The translations under genes were made by a program, and so were the position numbers. A DNA stretch of 63,328 bases, filler included, from Conidiobolus incongruus B7586 (taxonomy: Eukaryota): assembly GCA_000697335.1 (NCBI GenBank). It is 11 parts of 11 records of this genome, joined end to end, with 100 filler letters (N's around TTAATTAATTAA, not from the genome) between each part and the next. Parts side by side here need not be neighbours in the genome. Positions count along the whole stretch, not along the records: positions 25,712 to 41,550 come from JNEM01007400.1; 10 more parts are not named here. One strand, 5' to 3'. Below the pieces are notes generated by a model. It made no database searches, was not told where the DNA came from, and saw only the letters and a list, made by a program, of their open reading frames with translations. Each line of letters opens with the position of its first letter. Positions within the stretch are counted from its first letter, which is position 1. This document shows, piece after piece, positions 25,612-39,369 of the stretch.

Positions 25612-27936
25612 NNNNNNNNNNNNNNNNNNNNNNNNNNNNNNNNNNNNNNNNNNNNTTAATTAATTAANNNNNNNNNNNNNNNNNNNNNNNNNNNNNNNNN
25701 NNNNNNNNNNNCATTATTTATTTATTAAAATAAAGTATTTTAGTATAATAACAAAAGAATAATAATAAAATAAATTTATATTATATATATATATATATAT
25801 TTAATTAAAAATATATAGGAATAATTTTATCAATTATTTCAATCAACTGCAAACTATTATATAATATGAATAAATATTAGTGCTTCTGTCAATACTTTAT
25901 TAAGATATAATTTAATATATAAGGTATTTCTTAAATTTAATTTTTACTTTGGTTAATAATAAATTATAGATTGTCAGAATAAAAAAGCCTTTTATATTAT
26001 ATTTTCCTATTTTGAGTTCATTAAAGCCTATTCTGATAATATGTTTTGAAAGTGTATTTTATTCTGAAATCTTTGTAAGTAGTTGATATTCAATTTTTTT
26101 AATAATGTCAAATAATATTTATTAATTTTTATTTAATTTTAGCTAAATTTCAAATTTCATTATAATTAGGTATATTAGTTTTAATTAGAATTTTTATATA
26201 AGACCCTATTTATAAGTATAATGATTATTATGTATTGTTAAATTATTCATGGATAGCTAGTAAAACACTATAATAATATTTAAATAACTGAGATTGGTAT
26301 AATAATAATTAATTATAATTTTCAAGTTTATATCTTGACCTTTTGAATATTTTGCTATTTAAAATATCTTTCATATCACAAATTTACGTTATTGATTGTG
26401 ATATTATCAATGGATATATATTTAATTTGAGTATTATTGATTTAGATACATATGTAACAAATAATTCTTGAGAATATGTATAATATACCTCTTCAATACA
26501 TTTCTTAAAATAATTAATACATAATTATCCTCAATGAATATTGGTGAAAAAAGTCTTCGAAGCTGATTGATTTTTAGTATTTAAATAGTTATTCCATAAG
26601 TACAAAAATTAAGTATAAAATATCTTTTTTATTAAATTCTTATTGAAGTCATTGTCAAAAGGTGCTGACATTTTAAATTAAAATAAATATTGTTGGAACA
26701 AAAATAGTAACTGCTGTGATAATTTGAAATCCTCAGAAGATACTTAACATGGCAACTACACCATATGATCCATACTTTATAAATCTTTAACATTAGGATG
26801 CTACTCGCACAGACGTGGGCAGGTTTCATATTGTGAGCTCACAGTATATATATTCTTTCTGTATCTATATACTTAACATCGTCATTGTCTTTTAAAAGAT
26901 AATCCAAAAGATGTACTTGATTTAATAAGACATAGTCTTCTGTGGCCTGATTCATATATTATTCTTCGTACCTTTACTTGCAAAAATACTAAGGACTACT
27001 TGCAGTTTAGGTCCTAACAAAAGTATTGAATTGAAACTTAAAATATATTTAGTTTAATTCAAATAATTTAGGATACGTGGTACAAAATATTGAATAATTT
27101 AATAATAGGATATATTTAGCATTACAATCTTTGACTAAATTTTGTAAACAAAAATCCGCCCGTCACAAATAATATTTGGGAAGAATAAACAATATTTCGG
27201 GATCATATGCCTGAGTCACAAAGCTATATATAATTATTTAACAAGTTTAAATTGGAAGTTAACCATTATAAAAAAAATTTGATTTAATTGTGAAATTTAC
27301 TTAGATCACTCGAAAAATTATAATAAAAATTAATTTGATTATTTTTTTAAGAATTATATTAAATATTATTAAAATAATTAATTATTTTATCAGTATATAT
27401 ATACAATTATATGAATATGAATATTAATTTGATTCGAATAAAATGATCAAATATAATGATATTTAAATTAATAAATTTTAATTTAATATCCATAACCTGA
27501 ATATATTTACAATAAGAGCAAAGATGATAAAATAATTAAAAAAAATATAAGATCAATGATTTTAATGGCCAAGGGTTATTATAGTTGGAAAAAAAAGATC
27601 TTTAATGGTGTATTCAATGAAATAATAAACATAGTTCAGTTGAATAAAGCTTTGAATATTAACATAGTTTAATTTAATACCATTATTCGAACTGTTTTGA
27701 ACTATATTTTTACTACACAATTTTAATAGTCAATTTTAAAGGAAAGAATGTAAATAGAAATGATAAAACTATAACCACTACCCAACATTGATAAATGATT
27801 ACATCATTTTAATATTCGTGAGAAAATCTATTGAGACTATTGAATTTGAGAAATAATGATCTAAAATGAAATCATTTTTGTTAAAATAAATTTGAATAAA
27901 ATATCATTTATTAGACATCAAAAAGGTTAATCAAAA

Positions 27937-28658
27937 TTATAAATCAATCTTAGGAGGTTGGCCCTTGTGAACTAATACGGGGCAATCACACTTTTCAATA
28001 CAATAGCTGGATACACTACCCATGAAGGCTCTAACAAAAATATTATTAATATGACTTATATTAAGTAAATATAAAAGATTAGTTACTTCTTTAAGGGATG
28101 CAAACCGCGAGAACCAAGAATGAGAATATCAGCATTAAGATCCTTGGTTGCTTGAACGATAGCTTTACCAGCATCTTCTTCCTTGATAACAATGGGTTGG
28201 CATGTAATCTATAAGAGATATCCTTTGTTATAATTTGAAAATATATTAACCTCATTAAATCTTACATCATGCTCAGCTAATTCGTGACTTAATTCATCTA
28301 AAATCTTTTGAGCAGCTTGACTAGCCTTTGAATATAATTAAAATCGAATATAAAACATAATAAAGATAAAATATTTACCTCTTTCAAGTAAGTTTGACGC
28401 TCTTCAAAACCCCACTTACCAGATAAGAAACCTTGGAGGTAGCTAGGTTCAACATAACCTTCACCATTTTCAGTGATGGTTAATAAAACAACGTGATCGG
28501 TTTTAGGACGAAAGATTTGCTTTTTAGCCCTATATCAATTGATTAATATAAAAAAATTCATAAATAATGATGAATTACCATTGGAAAACATTCTTAGAGA
28601 TGTTGGAGTTATCATAAGCTAAAAATACTCTTCTTCTCTTTTCAATAGGAATACTCAT
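27937..28658 (-). CDS. Universal stress protein (USP family), about 168 aa; exons 28658-28579, 28529-28379, 28325-28266, 28208-28087, 28030-27937
   Basis: Spliced translation MSIPIEKRRRVFLAYDNSNISKNVFQWAKKQIFRPKTDHVVLL...DAGKAIVQATKDLNADILILGSRGLHPLKKAFMGSVSSYCIEKCDCPVLVHK; four GT-AG introns; absent from ORF track. Confidence 0.92.
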
Positions 28659-30723
28659 TTTCAAATATTATTATAATTAAACAAAAAATAATTTAAATTA
28701 TGTTAAAATCAAGGTATTTATACTCAATTAAAACTTATTGCATCATCAAATTTCGATTTAATTAAACCTTTACAAATTATTTTTCCAATCTAGAATCTAT
28801 CCATTAATAAGAGTACAGAACCCATTTTATTAATAAACTTGAATTCTAAAGATAAACTCAATCTAGTGAATGGAGTCTATTACTTGTACTTGTCAAATTT
28901 TACATTCAAAATAGATGCAGAATTTTTTAAAAATTAATTATATTAAATATATCATTTAAATGAAAAATCCAAAAAAAATAATAATAAAATGTTATAAGTT
29001 AGAATACTTATATAGATTTCAATTAATAATATTAAAAATTTAATAATAAAATTATTATAATTATATTTGTCAAATTTTAATATAATACTTAATAAAAATC
29101 ATCATAGTAAATAATTAAATAATTGAAGTTTAAAAAGATTATAATTTATAAAAAAAAGTAAATAATAATAATAATAATAATTAATAATAATTTTATTTTT
29201 CGGAATAAAAGATTTTTTAAATTTTAAAATAATAGTTAAAATATTGTAAATGGATAATTCCAAATTTACTATTATATCAATTCCTTTTAGTTTTAATACT
29301 TAAATGTTATTTATTTTTCATCTCAATTGTTATATTTAAATAAGTTAATAAAAATAAACAAATAATTATAGAATAGTTACTGAAGTATCTAGTATTAATC
29401 ACTATATTTTTACTTCAATATATTCAATATTCAATTATTAAAAATTCTTTATATACTTTTAATTATTTAAACTGAATAATAATTAAAAAAATTCAATTAT
29501 TTTTTATTTAGTTTATATTATCTTAATATATAAATATATAATCTTAATTAATATTTTATATAAAAATCTAAATATAATTAAAATAAATTAAAACTATATG
29601 ATATTACATTATTTTATAAAATTATTATAATTAATAAATATTAAATTTTATTTATTAATACTTGTATATTTCAACTTTTAATTTAATCAGTAATAAAATT
29701 TTTGAATTTTAAAAGTATTAAAGTTTAAAGTAGAACTTTCTAATATACTGTTAAAATTTAACATTATTGTTACATTTTAATTGTATATTCGCCAATATTT
29801 TAATCAAGTATATTCATTTGCATTTTATCCACTTGATAATATTAATAGTGACGTATAATTTTCACAGACTTGACAGTCATAATAAGTATTGAATAAAAAA
29901 TAATCAATTTTTTTATAAAAGTAGATAGTCGTATCCAAGTGTGTACTAATATTATTATCCTTCTATTTTGATTTTGATAGATTTATAATTTATTAATTGT
30001 CTCAATAATACATAAATTATAATCATAATAATAATAATATCATTATTATTACTTTACCAACCAAATACTTTTTAAAGTTTAATTTTGCTACTTGATTAAT
30101 ATACAGTTATTATGAATAGTTCAATTTGTTCCAATATATCTTATTTCTTTTAGATATAATTACCTGAGTTGCTTAATAAATGATGAAGTTTATAAATATT
30201 AATTTGGCACTTTTGCTTGAGTAATTACACTAACAAAATACAAATGAAAAACAGATGTTAAAATTGATGAAGTGAAGCTAAAAAAGAATTAAATGATAAT
30301 AATTCATTCTTTTAGGATGATATTTGAATAATATATTAATACAAAAAATTTAAACTGATTTCCTTATGTCCATAGTCATTTTAATCATTACTCGAATTTC
30401 AAAAAAATATTTTTAAACTTAAATGAATTAATTTATTTAATTAATAATGAATTTTAAAGGAGATAACATTTGATTTTAGCAAGTAATGGAATTGAATATA
30501 TACTATATTGGATTATTTATTAAAAATTCAATTGAAAATAATAGAGTTATAAAATCTATATAGTGAGTATGCTTTTGAGTGAATTGATAGGGAATTGTTG
30601 AATAGCGTAATAGAAGTAATAATTTTATTATATAGTATGTAAATATTGATAATTTGTAAAAATCATTTTTGAGAATATATTAAACTATATGATAATGAAA
30701 TAAATATGAATTGAAATTTAAAA

Positions 30724-31482
30724 TCAATTCATAGGACCTAATTGAATGGAATAATCCAAATTTGGTTTCATATTAGAAGAATGAAAGAAAAGGAGTATGA
30801 GAATGGCACAAAGGAAAAATACAAGAGTTAGGATTAAGTAAAGCAGGTGTATCTTGGTAATTAAAATCCTGTCAAATTGGATACATCCTGAAAAATTGGT
30901 AATTATTTGCTTTTCTTCAATACCTCTATACCATTCTGGGTTCACATATCCAATATAGTGACTGTCACCGAATCCCCCAACCCAGTAGAGACGTTGGACA
31001 TGCAGTTGGAAAAATTTAAAATCTTTGAAATTCATCCAAAATTTGGTATCTGGATGTGCTTTGATAAATGCTGCTTTAGCTTGCTCTATCTTGTGACTAT
31101 CAAGCTGATAAATACTTCCCATTAGTGTGACTCGTGCATTGGACATGATTGTTCCATGAGTAACAGGGGCTCGAACAGTGAGAGAAACTCTATTATCATA
31201 ATCAAAGTTTTCAAAAGACTTTTGCAAGGTTGTAATAAATAGTATAGGGCAGCCTTCTTCACCTGGAAGGTCGACATAGTAATCAACAATACCAAATGGC
31301 CACCCTTCAAATTCCTTGTCCGATTTGAGATCACTGAAATGAGGTGCGTCATGGCCATGGCCTGGATGTTTTTTGGGGTTAGTATGATTCAGAGTAATCA
31401 AAGTACCAACGTTCTCCTGACGTATCAGTTGACGTGCAGCTTGAGCTGCTTCTTGTTCAGTTAATTCTAATATATGACTCAT
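30724..31482 (-). CDS. CREG/pyridoxamine 5'-phosphate oxidase-like split-barrel protein with C-terminal hydrophobic helix, 252 aa
   Basis: AARQLI...VGTLIT, GWPFG...Y, RVSLTV, ARVTLMG, FIKAHPD.K.W...DF.F..L.V...YWVGGFG. Confidence 0.85.
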   Translation of the reverse strand: MSHILELTEQEAAQAARQLIRQENVGTLITLNHTNPKKHPGHGHDAPHFSDLKSDKEFEGWPFGIVDYYVDLPGEEGCPILFITTLQKSFENFDYDNRVSLTVRAPVTHGTIMSNARVTLMGSIYQLDSHKIEQAKAAFIKAHPDTKFWMNFKDFKFFQLHVQRLYWVGGFGDSHYIGYVNPEWYRGIEEKQIITNFSGCIQFDRILITKIHLLYLILTLVFFLCAILILLFFHSSNMKPNLDYSIQLGPMN

Positions 31483-32609
31483 ATTTTAAAATTAATAAAT
31501 AATAAAAGGTTATAATTTTTTCTGAGATTAAGAGTTCAAAAAATGATTATGACAATAAAAATCACTTATTCCAAATAAAATTATTAATAACTATAATGCT
31601 AATCCAAATATAGTTATTAATTCATTTTAAGTAATTATCAAATTTAATTTATATATGCGGAATACTAATAAAATTTAGGGAGATTAAAGTGGAGATAAAT
31701 TTAATTATATATAAAAATGAGATGATTTTTATAAATTATATCTCAAATATGATCATTTTGATGCTGGTGCTTAAGTTTTTCTGAATCCAAAATTAAATAG
31801 ATTTCTATAAAATTTGGTTTTCAACTAAGCTTAAGAAATCAAGACAAAATATCAAAAAATATAATTTATTATTATAGTTTATAATCTCAAAGCAATTTGA
31901 TTTTAATTGTTAAATTTGAGGAAAATTAATATATAATCTTTCAAAATTCATATACATTCATTTACAATTTATTCAGCTATTATCATTAAAATCTTTTATT
32001 TAATTTTTGGTTATTTCTTTTTATAATAATACATTTGAAATAATATTAATATAATTTCAAATGTATGTATAAAAATTAAAATAATTATTCATCAAATGAG
32101 CTGAAGGCATGTTTTAGGTCACATTATAAAAATTTCCATATCAGAAATAATGTATTTCCCATGTATTATATTCCATTATTAGATATGATATTGAATAGTT
32201 TTCATTCTTTGAATTAAACTGAATTAATTATTAATATATATAATCCTATCTCTAACACCATATATATATTTTGTACTTAGATTTATTATATATACATATA
32301 ATAACTTTTATTTTATTATATTTATAGGTATAATGATATTTTGAAAAGGGTGACTAATCTCAGGGGTTTGAAATTTTATATTAAATACCACAGTGAGTTA
32401 TATATTATCTGTTTTTTTCTTAAAAATTCAATATATAATATAATCCAATTTTTCTACAAATAACGTACCAATATAGATATATTGATCTATGAATGCCTTC
32501 AACATAATATTAATAATTACCTATAATTTTTAAAATTTTCGAATATTGTGAATATTAATCTCAATTTGTGTGAATATCGGAAAAATTATAAGTTAATGAT
32601 GAAGAATAA

Positions 32610-33035
32610 TCTTGTCCATCACTCAAGAAACTCTGACTATTGCACTAATGCAAGAAGTCACATTGGAAGTACTTCATTTTATGAACTAGTCTAACTTAGT
32701 GCTTTCCACCTGAAGTTATTCATAGCCACCCAAACTCAACAATTGAACCTATTATAAGATCATCACAAGCCAATCAATAAACCAATCTTTCTATCTTCAT
32801 TTTCAAAAGTATCCAGTCTCTAAGTTTTTCTCGTAACACTCACAAAACGTATTGAGTTGTGACGAGCGTGAGATATTTACTTTATTCGAAGACCTTGATT
32901 TGCAGTAAGCTATTTTCACCCAATTTGGTGAACCCTCTTAATTTCCCTTAACCTTGTGGTAATCTATCATTTACCACTGGCGATTCCCCGTTTAAGCTCT
33001 AAAAGACTACCTCCTCCCACGTTTACGGTCGTCAT
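32610..33035 (+). mobile_element. LTR-retrotransposon remnant (LTR 3' part plus possible PBS)
   Basis: Local similarity to 46620-46850 (CTCACAA...GTGAYGAGYGTG..ATATT); ...TTACCA then TGGCGATTCC at 32978, like TGGTGATTCC at 46447. Confidence 0.4.
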
Positions 33036-34691
33036 TAATAATCACATTTACATTAATTAGTATATTATTAAACAATTAATTTAGACATTTATTTTAATTT
33101 CATAAAGTTATTTACAATAACTATTTAAATAAATTAATAATGCAAAATATTATATTATATTTTTAAATAATTGAATCAATTGATAAATTTTGATAAAAAT
33201 AATAATTATTAAATGTATCATTAAGATAACTTGTTATGGTTATATTGTTCAATATAAAAAATATTATAATTTAGTGTATAAAAAATTTTAATATAATACA
33301 GTAAAAAATTTTAAGGTTTTAATAAATATCACTTAATTTCTCAAAATATAAAGGTCAAATTGTAGTATTTTGTATATTGAATACTCTTATTTGAGATTAA
33401 TTGAAATTTGATATTTTGAATATACTTAATACTACTTTTAAATAGCTAAAAATTATTATAACTATAAATATGATAAAATACTATCAAATGGATAATTAAT
33501 AGAAGTTTCAAAAATTAACACTACTGATTATTAAACCTAACAAATTTAAACCCAATTTTCTTTAAAAACTTTAATACATTAATATTTATACATAAAATAA
33601 AAAGGCTGATTAAACATATATTTGAATGTATACCAAAATCGAAATATAATTTAGTAATAGATATAGTTATCTCTCATATTCCACTTGATGAGTTTATAAT
33701 ATGAACTAAAAGAACTGGAGCCCAATTTATAGTTAATAATTTTGATTCATATTAAAGCATTTGAAAATTAAATCAGCTTTAATATTTATATCACATGATA
33801 AAAACGATGTTACATTGAAATTATTAAATTTTCATTTTCAGTTATAATACCTGAAAATATTCAATATCTATGAATGTGGGATTAATATTAATCTTATTTT
33901 AATCAATTTAGCTGAATGATGAAAGAGAGGTTTTCATTAATGAATTAATTAAATGCTGATTCTTCTTATTTTTCAATATTTTAAGGTATAACTATGATGG
34001 AAATGTTTTGATATCTAGTCTAGACTTACACATCTTACTGGGAAACAAAAATTTTATTTCAATTCTTTTGGTTACAATTAGAAGGAGACTTAAGCATTAA
34101 GATAATGACAGACATGTTTTCAACTTTGAATTATTATTATTATTATTATTATTATTACAAAAGACATAAATATCTGAAACCTTAATATTATGCTTTAATA
34201 TTCATATGAATCCGATTACCAATATCAGTTTGTTAAATGCGGTATATGATTTGTTGATAACAGGAATATGGGACAAAGTCTTTAGAAACTTGTCAGTTGG
34301 GTTCAGTATAGAAGTTTATCGCCTTTTGCTCCATTTGACATAAGAGATAAATTTGGTTCAAATCGAGGTATTTCGACAAACTGACAAATGACCAGTGAGT
34401 TTAGTAGGTATGCAAAAGTAAGTTTTATGATTGAACAACAGTAACAAGTCCCACTCGCAAATTCACATTACACAGGAATTTGGAATTTTTAATTGGCCAT
34501 TCAATTGAATTGCGTGACAAACGTGGTAATGATTGAGATTTTATATAGAAGTCTTGGTTTAATTTAATAATGGATTAGTTTACACTAATGTGAAAGTGAT
34601 TGGCTGTGATAGAGTCTTGAGGAAGATGCATCATGTATATTTAAACAAGCCGCAGTCGCTATTCACTCTAGGATTGATATCGATTAATATA

Positions 34692-35915
34692 ATGAAATTT
34701 TCTGCTCTTGCCGTTCTTTTAATCCAGGCTTTGACTGCCGAAATCCGCATCGCTCATGAAGCTAAGTGGGGAACTTTAGATGGCAAGCCCTCCAGAATCT
34801 TTGGTCACCGTGGTGAAAAGGCAGTGATGCCCCAACACACCCTTGGAAGTTATCACCTTGCTGCTATCGAAGGTGCTGATTACGTTGAACCCGATCTTGT
34901 TGCTACCAAAGATGGTCACTTAGTTTGCTTCCATGATTTATACATCAAAGACGGTACTGATGTCGAAAAGCATCCTGAATTCGCTCATTTGAAGAAAACC
35001 TTCAACGATACTCTTGATGGTAAGCCCACCGTCATTGAAAATGACTGGTTCATCTCCGATTTCACCCTTGCCGAGCTCAAGACTCTCAAAGTCCGCCAAA
35101 AGAATACTGGTGTCCGTCCCCTCTACTTTGACAAAGTTTTCGAAATCCCCACTTTCGAAGAATACATCACCTTGGTTCAAGATATTTCCTACAAGCTCAA
35201 CAAGACCATTGGGCTTGTTCCAGAATTGAAGCACCCTGTGTACCACCAAAACCTCCGCCCCAATGAATACCGCTGGTTCGAAAACAAGGTTTTGAAGACC
35301 TTGGAAAAGTTCGGTTATCCCATCAACAAGGATGATTGTGAGGGTTGTATGGCTCGTGTCAAGGATGAAAAATCAGGTAACATTACTGAAGTTGAATTCC
35401 CCTGTGGTGAAGTTGTTCTCCAAAACTTTGATTTCGAATCCCTCAAGTACTTGCGTAGCAAGACCAATCTCATTCCTCTCGTAATGTTGAACGACGATGA
35501 TCCAGTCCTCTTTACCCGCAAGGGGTTGGATGAAATTGCCAAGTATGCCAACTGGTACTCTCCCTGGAAGGAATATGCTGTTGTTGGAGTCGAAGCCGAA
35601 CTTGCCGACCGCAAGATCAAATATGACCCTGCTCAAATTGCCGACCTTGGAGGTTTCATCCCCAAGGATGATTTTGTTAAGGAGTGCCACAAGCGCAACC
35701 TCCGCTTCGTGCCTTACACCTTCTATGACAGTCGTGAAAAATCCTACCGCGGCTGCTCCATCAAGTGCTACCCCGAAGATAAGCGCGCTGAATTCTTCCA
35801 CTTCTATAATATGGGTACTGACGGTATGTTTGTTGAAAATATTCCCGAAGCCATTCAACTCCGCACCGAATTCAATGATTTATTGAACGCTAAGGCTCAA
35901 AATATCACTATTTAA
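34692..35915 (+). CDS. Secreted glycerophosphodiester phosphodiesterase (GlpQ-like), 407 aa, intronless
   Basis: GHRG, HTL.SY.LA...GADYVEPDLVATKDG.LVCFHD, DFTLAELKTL, IPTFEE, ELKHP; ATG at 34692 opens signal peptide MKFSALAVLLIQALTA (preferred to the GTG start at 34590). Confidence 0.93.
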   Translation: MKFSALAVLLIQALTAEIRIAHEAKWGTLDGKPSRIFGHRGEKAVMPQHTLGSYHLAAIEGADYVEPDLVATKDGHLVCFHDLYIKDGTDVEKHPEFAHLKKTFNDTLDGKPTVIENDWFISDFTLAELKTLKVRQKNTGVRPLYFDKVFEIPTFEEYITLVQDISYKLNKTIGLVPELKHPVYHQNLRPNEYRWFENKVLKTLEKFGYPINKDDCEGCMARVKDEKSGNITEVEFPCGEVVLQNFDFESLKYLRSKTNLIPLVMLNDDDPVLFTRKGLDEIAKYANWYSPWKEYAVVGVEAELADRKIKYDPAQIADLGGFIPKDDFVKECHKRNLRFVPYTFYDSREKSYRGCSIKCYPEDKRAEFFHFYNMGTDGMFVENIPEAIQLRTEFNDLLNAKAQNITI

Positions 35916-36147
35916 CTAGACAATTTTTAGATTATAATTCAATCCTCAATAATTATTTATTTCATGTTTTTAATTAATAAATCTTGTTAATCTATTTATT
36001 TCACACTATTTTATAACCCTAATATATTAATTTATTTGTAATAACAATTAATATTAAAATCATGGGAAGATTCTAATAATTGAATTAATTCCAATGAAAA
36101 TATCGGATAATCAAAGATTTCATTAAAAATTTTGAAATTAACATTAC

Positions 36148-36730
36148 TTTCGCATACTGTTCCTTCGGATAAAATAGAACAAGGAACGAGTTCTGAGAGC
36201 AATGACAAAGATACACCATTACTCAGTCATGCACCAAAAGTTCCTAAATGCACTTTGAATATACTTGCGGCTTCCAACAAAGAATCCAGATTTTTGATTT
36301 TACTAATCAAAACTACATTTCTACTACCAATAGTTCTCTCCTTTTGCCTCTGGAACTTCTAAGAGTAACACATCTATTCCAATATGCTACTGAACCTATC
36401 TTCCTGTGCCATTATAATTTATTCTATTCAATATACTTCTTAATAAAACTCGGTTTTGCTACAGTATTTTTTATATTTTTATTCATCGTTGTATAACTTT
36501 ATATTATGGCAATCACTTGATCTTATTTGCCCGATTTAAAATTAGTTATGTATACCGAACCCAACAATCTAGCCATTGCGACCCGACTGGTTTTCATTGC
36601 CCCCAAGCTTGTAGAACACATAATCCCATATATTTCTGACTATCGAGATGAAATCCTTGAGCTGGCATTGATGTCCATCATCATCCTTACACTTGCTAAT
36701 CCATTTTCTCTGACTATTTATTTTAAATAA
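36148..36730 (+). mobile_element. About 600-bp dispersed repeat copy 1 (probable LTR plus gag start)
   Basis: Homologous to 45184-45770 and the reverse of about 38270-38832; frame from ATG 36506 with TGA at 36518, continuing APKLVEHIIPYISDYRDEILELAL. Confidence 0.6.
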
Positions 36731-38119
36731 CTCTCTTACTTAAATATATTAGGTTTTAATATAAAGTTAATTTATTAAATAATAAATAAAATGATAACTG
36801 ATATAATATTTGATAAAACATTTCAAATATTGTTGAAATTAATCATTTTAAGATTGATTTGGATAGAAAGTAAAAGCTCTTTTTATAATCTAATATTCAA
36901 CAATTGGTAAATATATTACCTTAATATTTCTCTAGAGGTATTTCTAAGATATTATATATATTCTTACTATTTATGTATAGTGATCCTGTTTCATTCATAA
37001 GTTAATTATTTGAAAGAGATTATTGAATCTATTTGATTCAAATTATCACGTTCTCGTAATTTGCATTGATTTTAAGCATGCCCATTAATATCTAATAAAG
37101 GAATAAGCAATCTATCACTGGTAGCATCGATACTTGGTAATTACCTTACAATAATATTTAATTTCAAGCAGTACAGCACTAAACGCGCTATTACCATCCT
37201 TAGTCAAACATGAATAATTCTGACTATATTTCTGCCCCCAAAATATAAGATCAATTTGAAATCTTATCGAACAATCTTAGATATTTGAATGGAGTTGGAA
37301 AGTTTGAAGGCATATGAACTCCAGGTGGATTCAGGCTTCATTTAGTCTCTAGCACCAAATAACTCTTTAATCAATGAGAAACAGCATCCAATTTAAAACA
37401 ATATACTACATAAATGTCTTTACAAAATATTAAAAATAGGACCTGAAATATCAAGTTTAATACCTAAAAAAATTTGCCTAAATATAAAATTATTTTAAAT
37501 ATTGAATCAAGCCTTACTATCAAAAACCATTGTTTCTAAGCCTTGTTGAAACCAACTTATAAAGGAGGTGTATTTGAGGTTAATATTACTAATAAAAATA
37601 AGCTTCATCAATATAAAAATAAGCTCTTTGAATTTATCTTTATAAAATTTCACTTATTTTAAAACTTTTAACATATAATTTAACAAAAAACTCAAAATGA
37701 ATTTTTAAGAATTATTATTATTTAATAATAAAAATGATAGTTTGAATAGATAAAAAAATAAGTAATATATAATATAATTTCAAAAATATTAAATAAGCAA
37801 ACCAAAATTATTTGTTATAAAATCTAAATTCAATTTTATTAAAATATTAAAACGAATGAATAATTAAATGGTTAAAAAATGTTTGATAAGCTTATAATCA
37901 ATTCTTTCACAGAATCTGAAAGGAAAAGAGTTAGAGACCAGTTCTCAAATTTCTAATATAATTCAAAACTTTTTATTAATTTGTAGTTAATCAAATAATT
38001 TATTTTTTGAAAATTTGTTTAATTATATAAAATACCATTAATATAATTAATAACCTTGGTTTTTTATTTTATATTTGACACCTTATTATTCTCTCCTGAA
38101 TATTATTAATCAATAATCT

Positions 38120-38832
38120 TTTTATAATATTAAAATTATTTTCATCAATATAATCTTATATATTTACAATATCTAATATGGTTAACTATCAATTAATATT
38201 AGCTAAGATATTAGAAGCTTAAATAAACTTGTTCATATATTGAATTATGTCATTACTAGTTTGAGTCCTTTAATTATTAACCATTATTATTTTAAGAAAA
38301 TTAACAAAAGGTATTAACACCAACTTTAAGACTTCCTCCTAGTAGTCAGAAATATAAGTAATTGTATACTGCATAACTCTAGGGGCAATAATAACCAATT
38401 CAGTCATGATGACCAAATGGTAGAGTTTAAAATATATATTAGATTATAAATTGCGCAAATAAAATTTGAGCTAGGCTATAAGGTCATATAGCAATGAATA
38501 AAATAAAAAGGAGGTAGTAGGAGAATGTAATTTAATTTTGGAATAAGTATGGCGAATAAAATAAATTGCGATTAGTTAAAGAATGGGTCTGATAACACAC
38601 TAAGATAGAGTGGTTACTCTTGGAAGTGATGGATATAAAAAACAAGATAATTGGTAATTAAGGTATAATGTTAATTATTGAATCAAAAATCAAGCTTCTA
38701 GGATAAAAGCCGCTGGTGTAATAAAAGCTATTTAGGAGTTTGTGAAGGTGTGGATTAATAATTATGTATTCTTTTAATGGCTCTCAAGATATGTTCCTTG
38801 TTTTTGTTCATCCCAAGGAACAAGATTTGACA
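38120..38832 (-). mobile_element. Same repeat, copy 2, extending into gag-like sequence
   Basis: ELVIIAPRVMQYTITYISDY*EEVLKLVLIP...TQTSNDIIQYMNKFI*ASNIL; starts TGTC; palindrome at 38793-38821. Confidence 0.55.
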
Positions 38833-39369
38833 GTTATAAATTGTAATCTGAAATTTTTAAAACCAAGGACGAGATTTTTCAATATTTGCTATTTGAAAGA
38901 TGAAAAGTTATTGTTAGTACCTCAGAATAGAAGAAATATAAAACTTTTCATTTTTAATTTATTAGTCATATTATTTGTTTTAAAGAAAATAATTTATATA
39001 TATAATAAATAAGAAAATATATAACTCAAAACTATATATAAATATATATTCTTTTTATTAAAAACCTAACATTTGAAAATATATTAATTAAATAGATCAT
39101 ATTTAAACAGTATAATGATTTTTTCACATTCTTTACTTTAATATTAGTAAAATTTAGCCATTATGGTTGTAAAAAATTTTGAAATCAAAAATCACTTTTG
39201 AAAATAATGTTTTATTCAATATCAATTAATTATTATTATTAAAATTACTTTGATATTAGAAAAATTTATAGAGTTTCTTTAAATACAAAAAATTTATATA
39301 TAACATATTTATAAATTTTAATCAATTTAAAAAATTAAAAGGTAACTTTTTGTTTTATCTATAAAATTA

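Noticed and set aside
26560..27230. Slightly GC-richer stretch with hydrophobic minus-strand fragments (YGSYGVVAMLSIF*GFQIITAVTIFVP)
   Set aside because: Could be a decayed membrane-protein gene, but no consistent model could be built
34938..35886. Several overlapping or antisense ORFs in the GDPD gene
   Set aside because: By-product of strong codon bias; no independent motifs
36970..37600. GC-richer stretch, possibly decayed coding sequence
   Set aside because: No recognisable frame or motif
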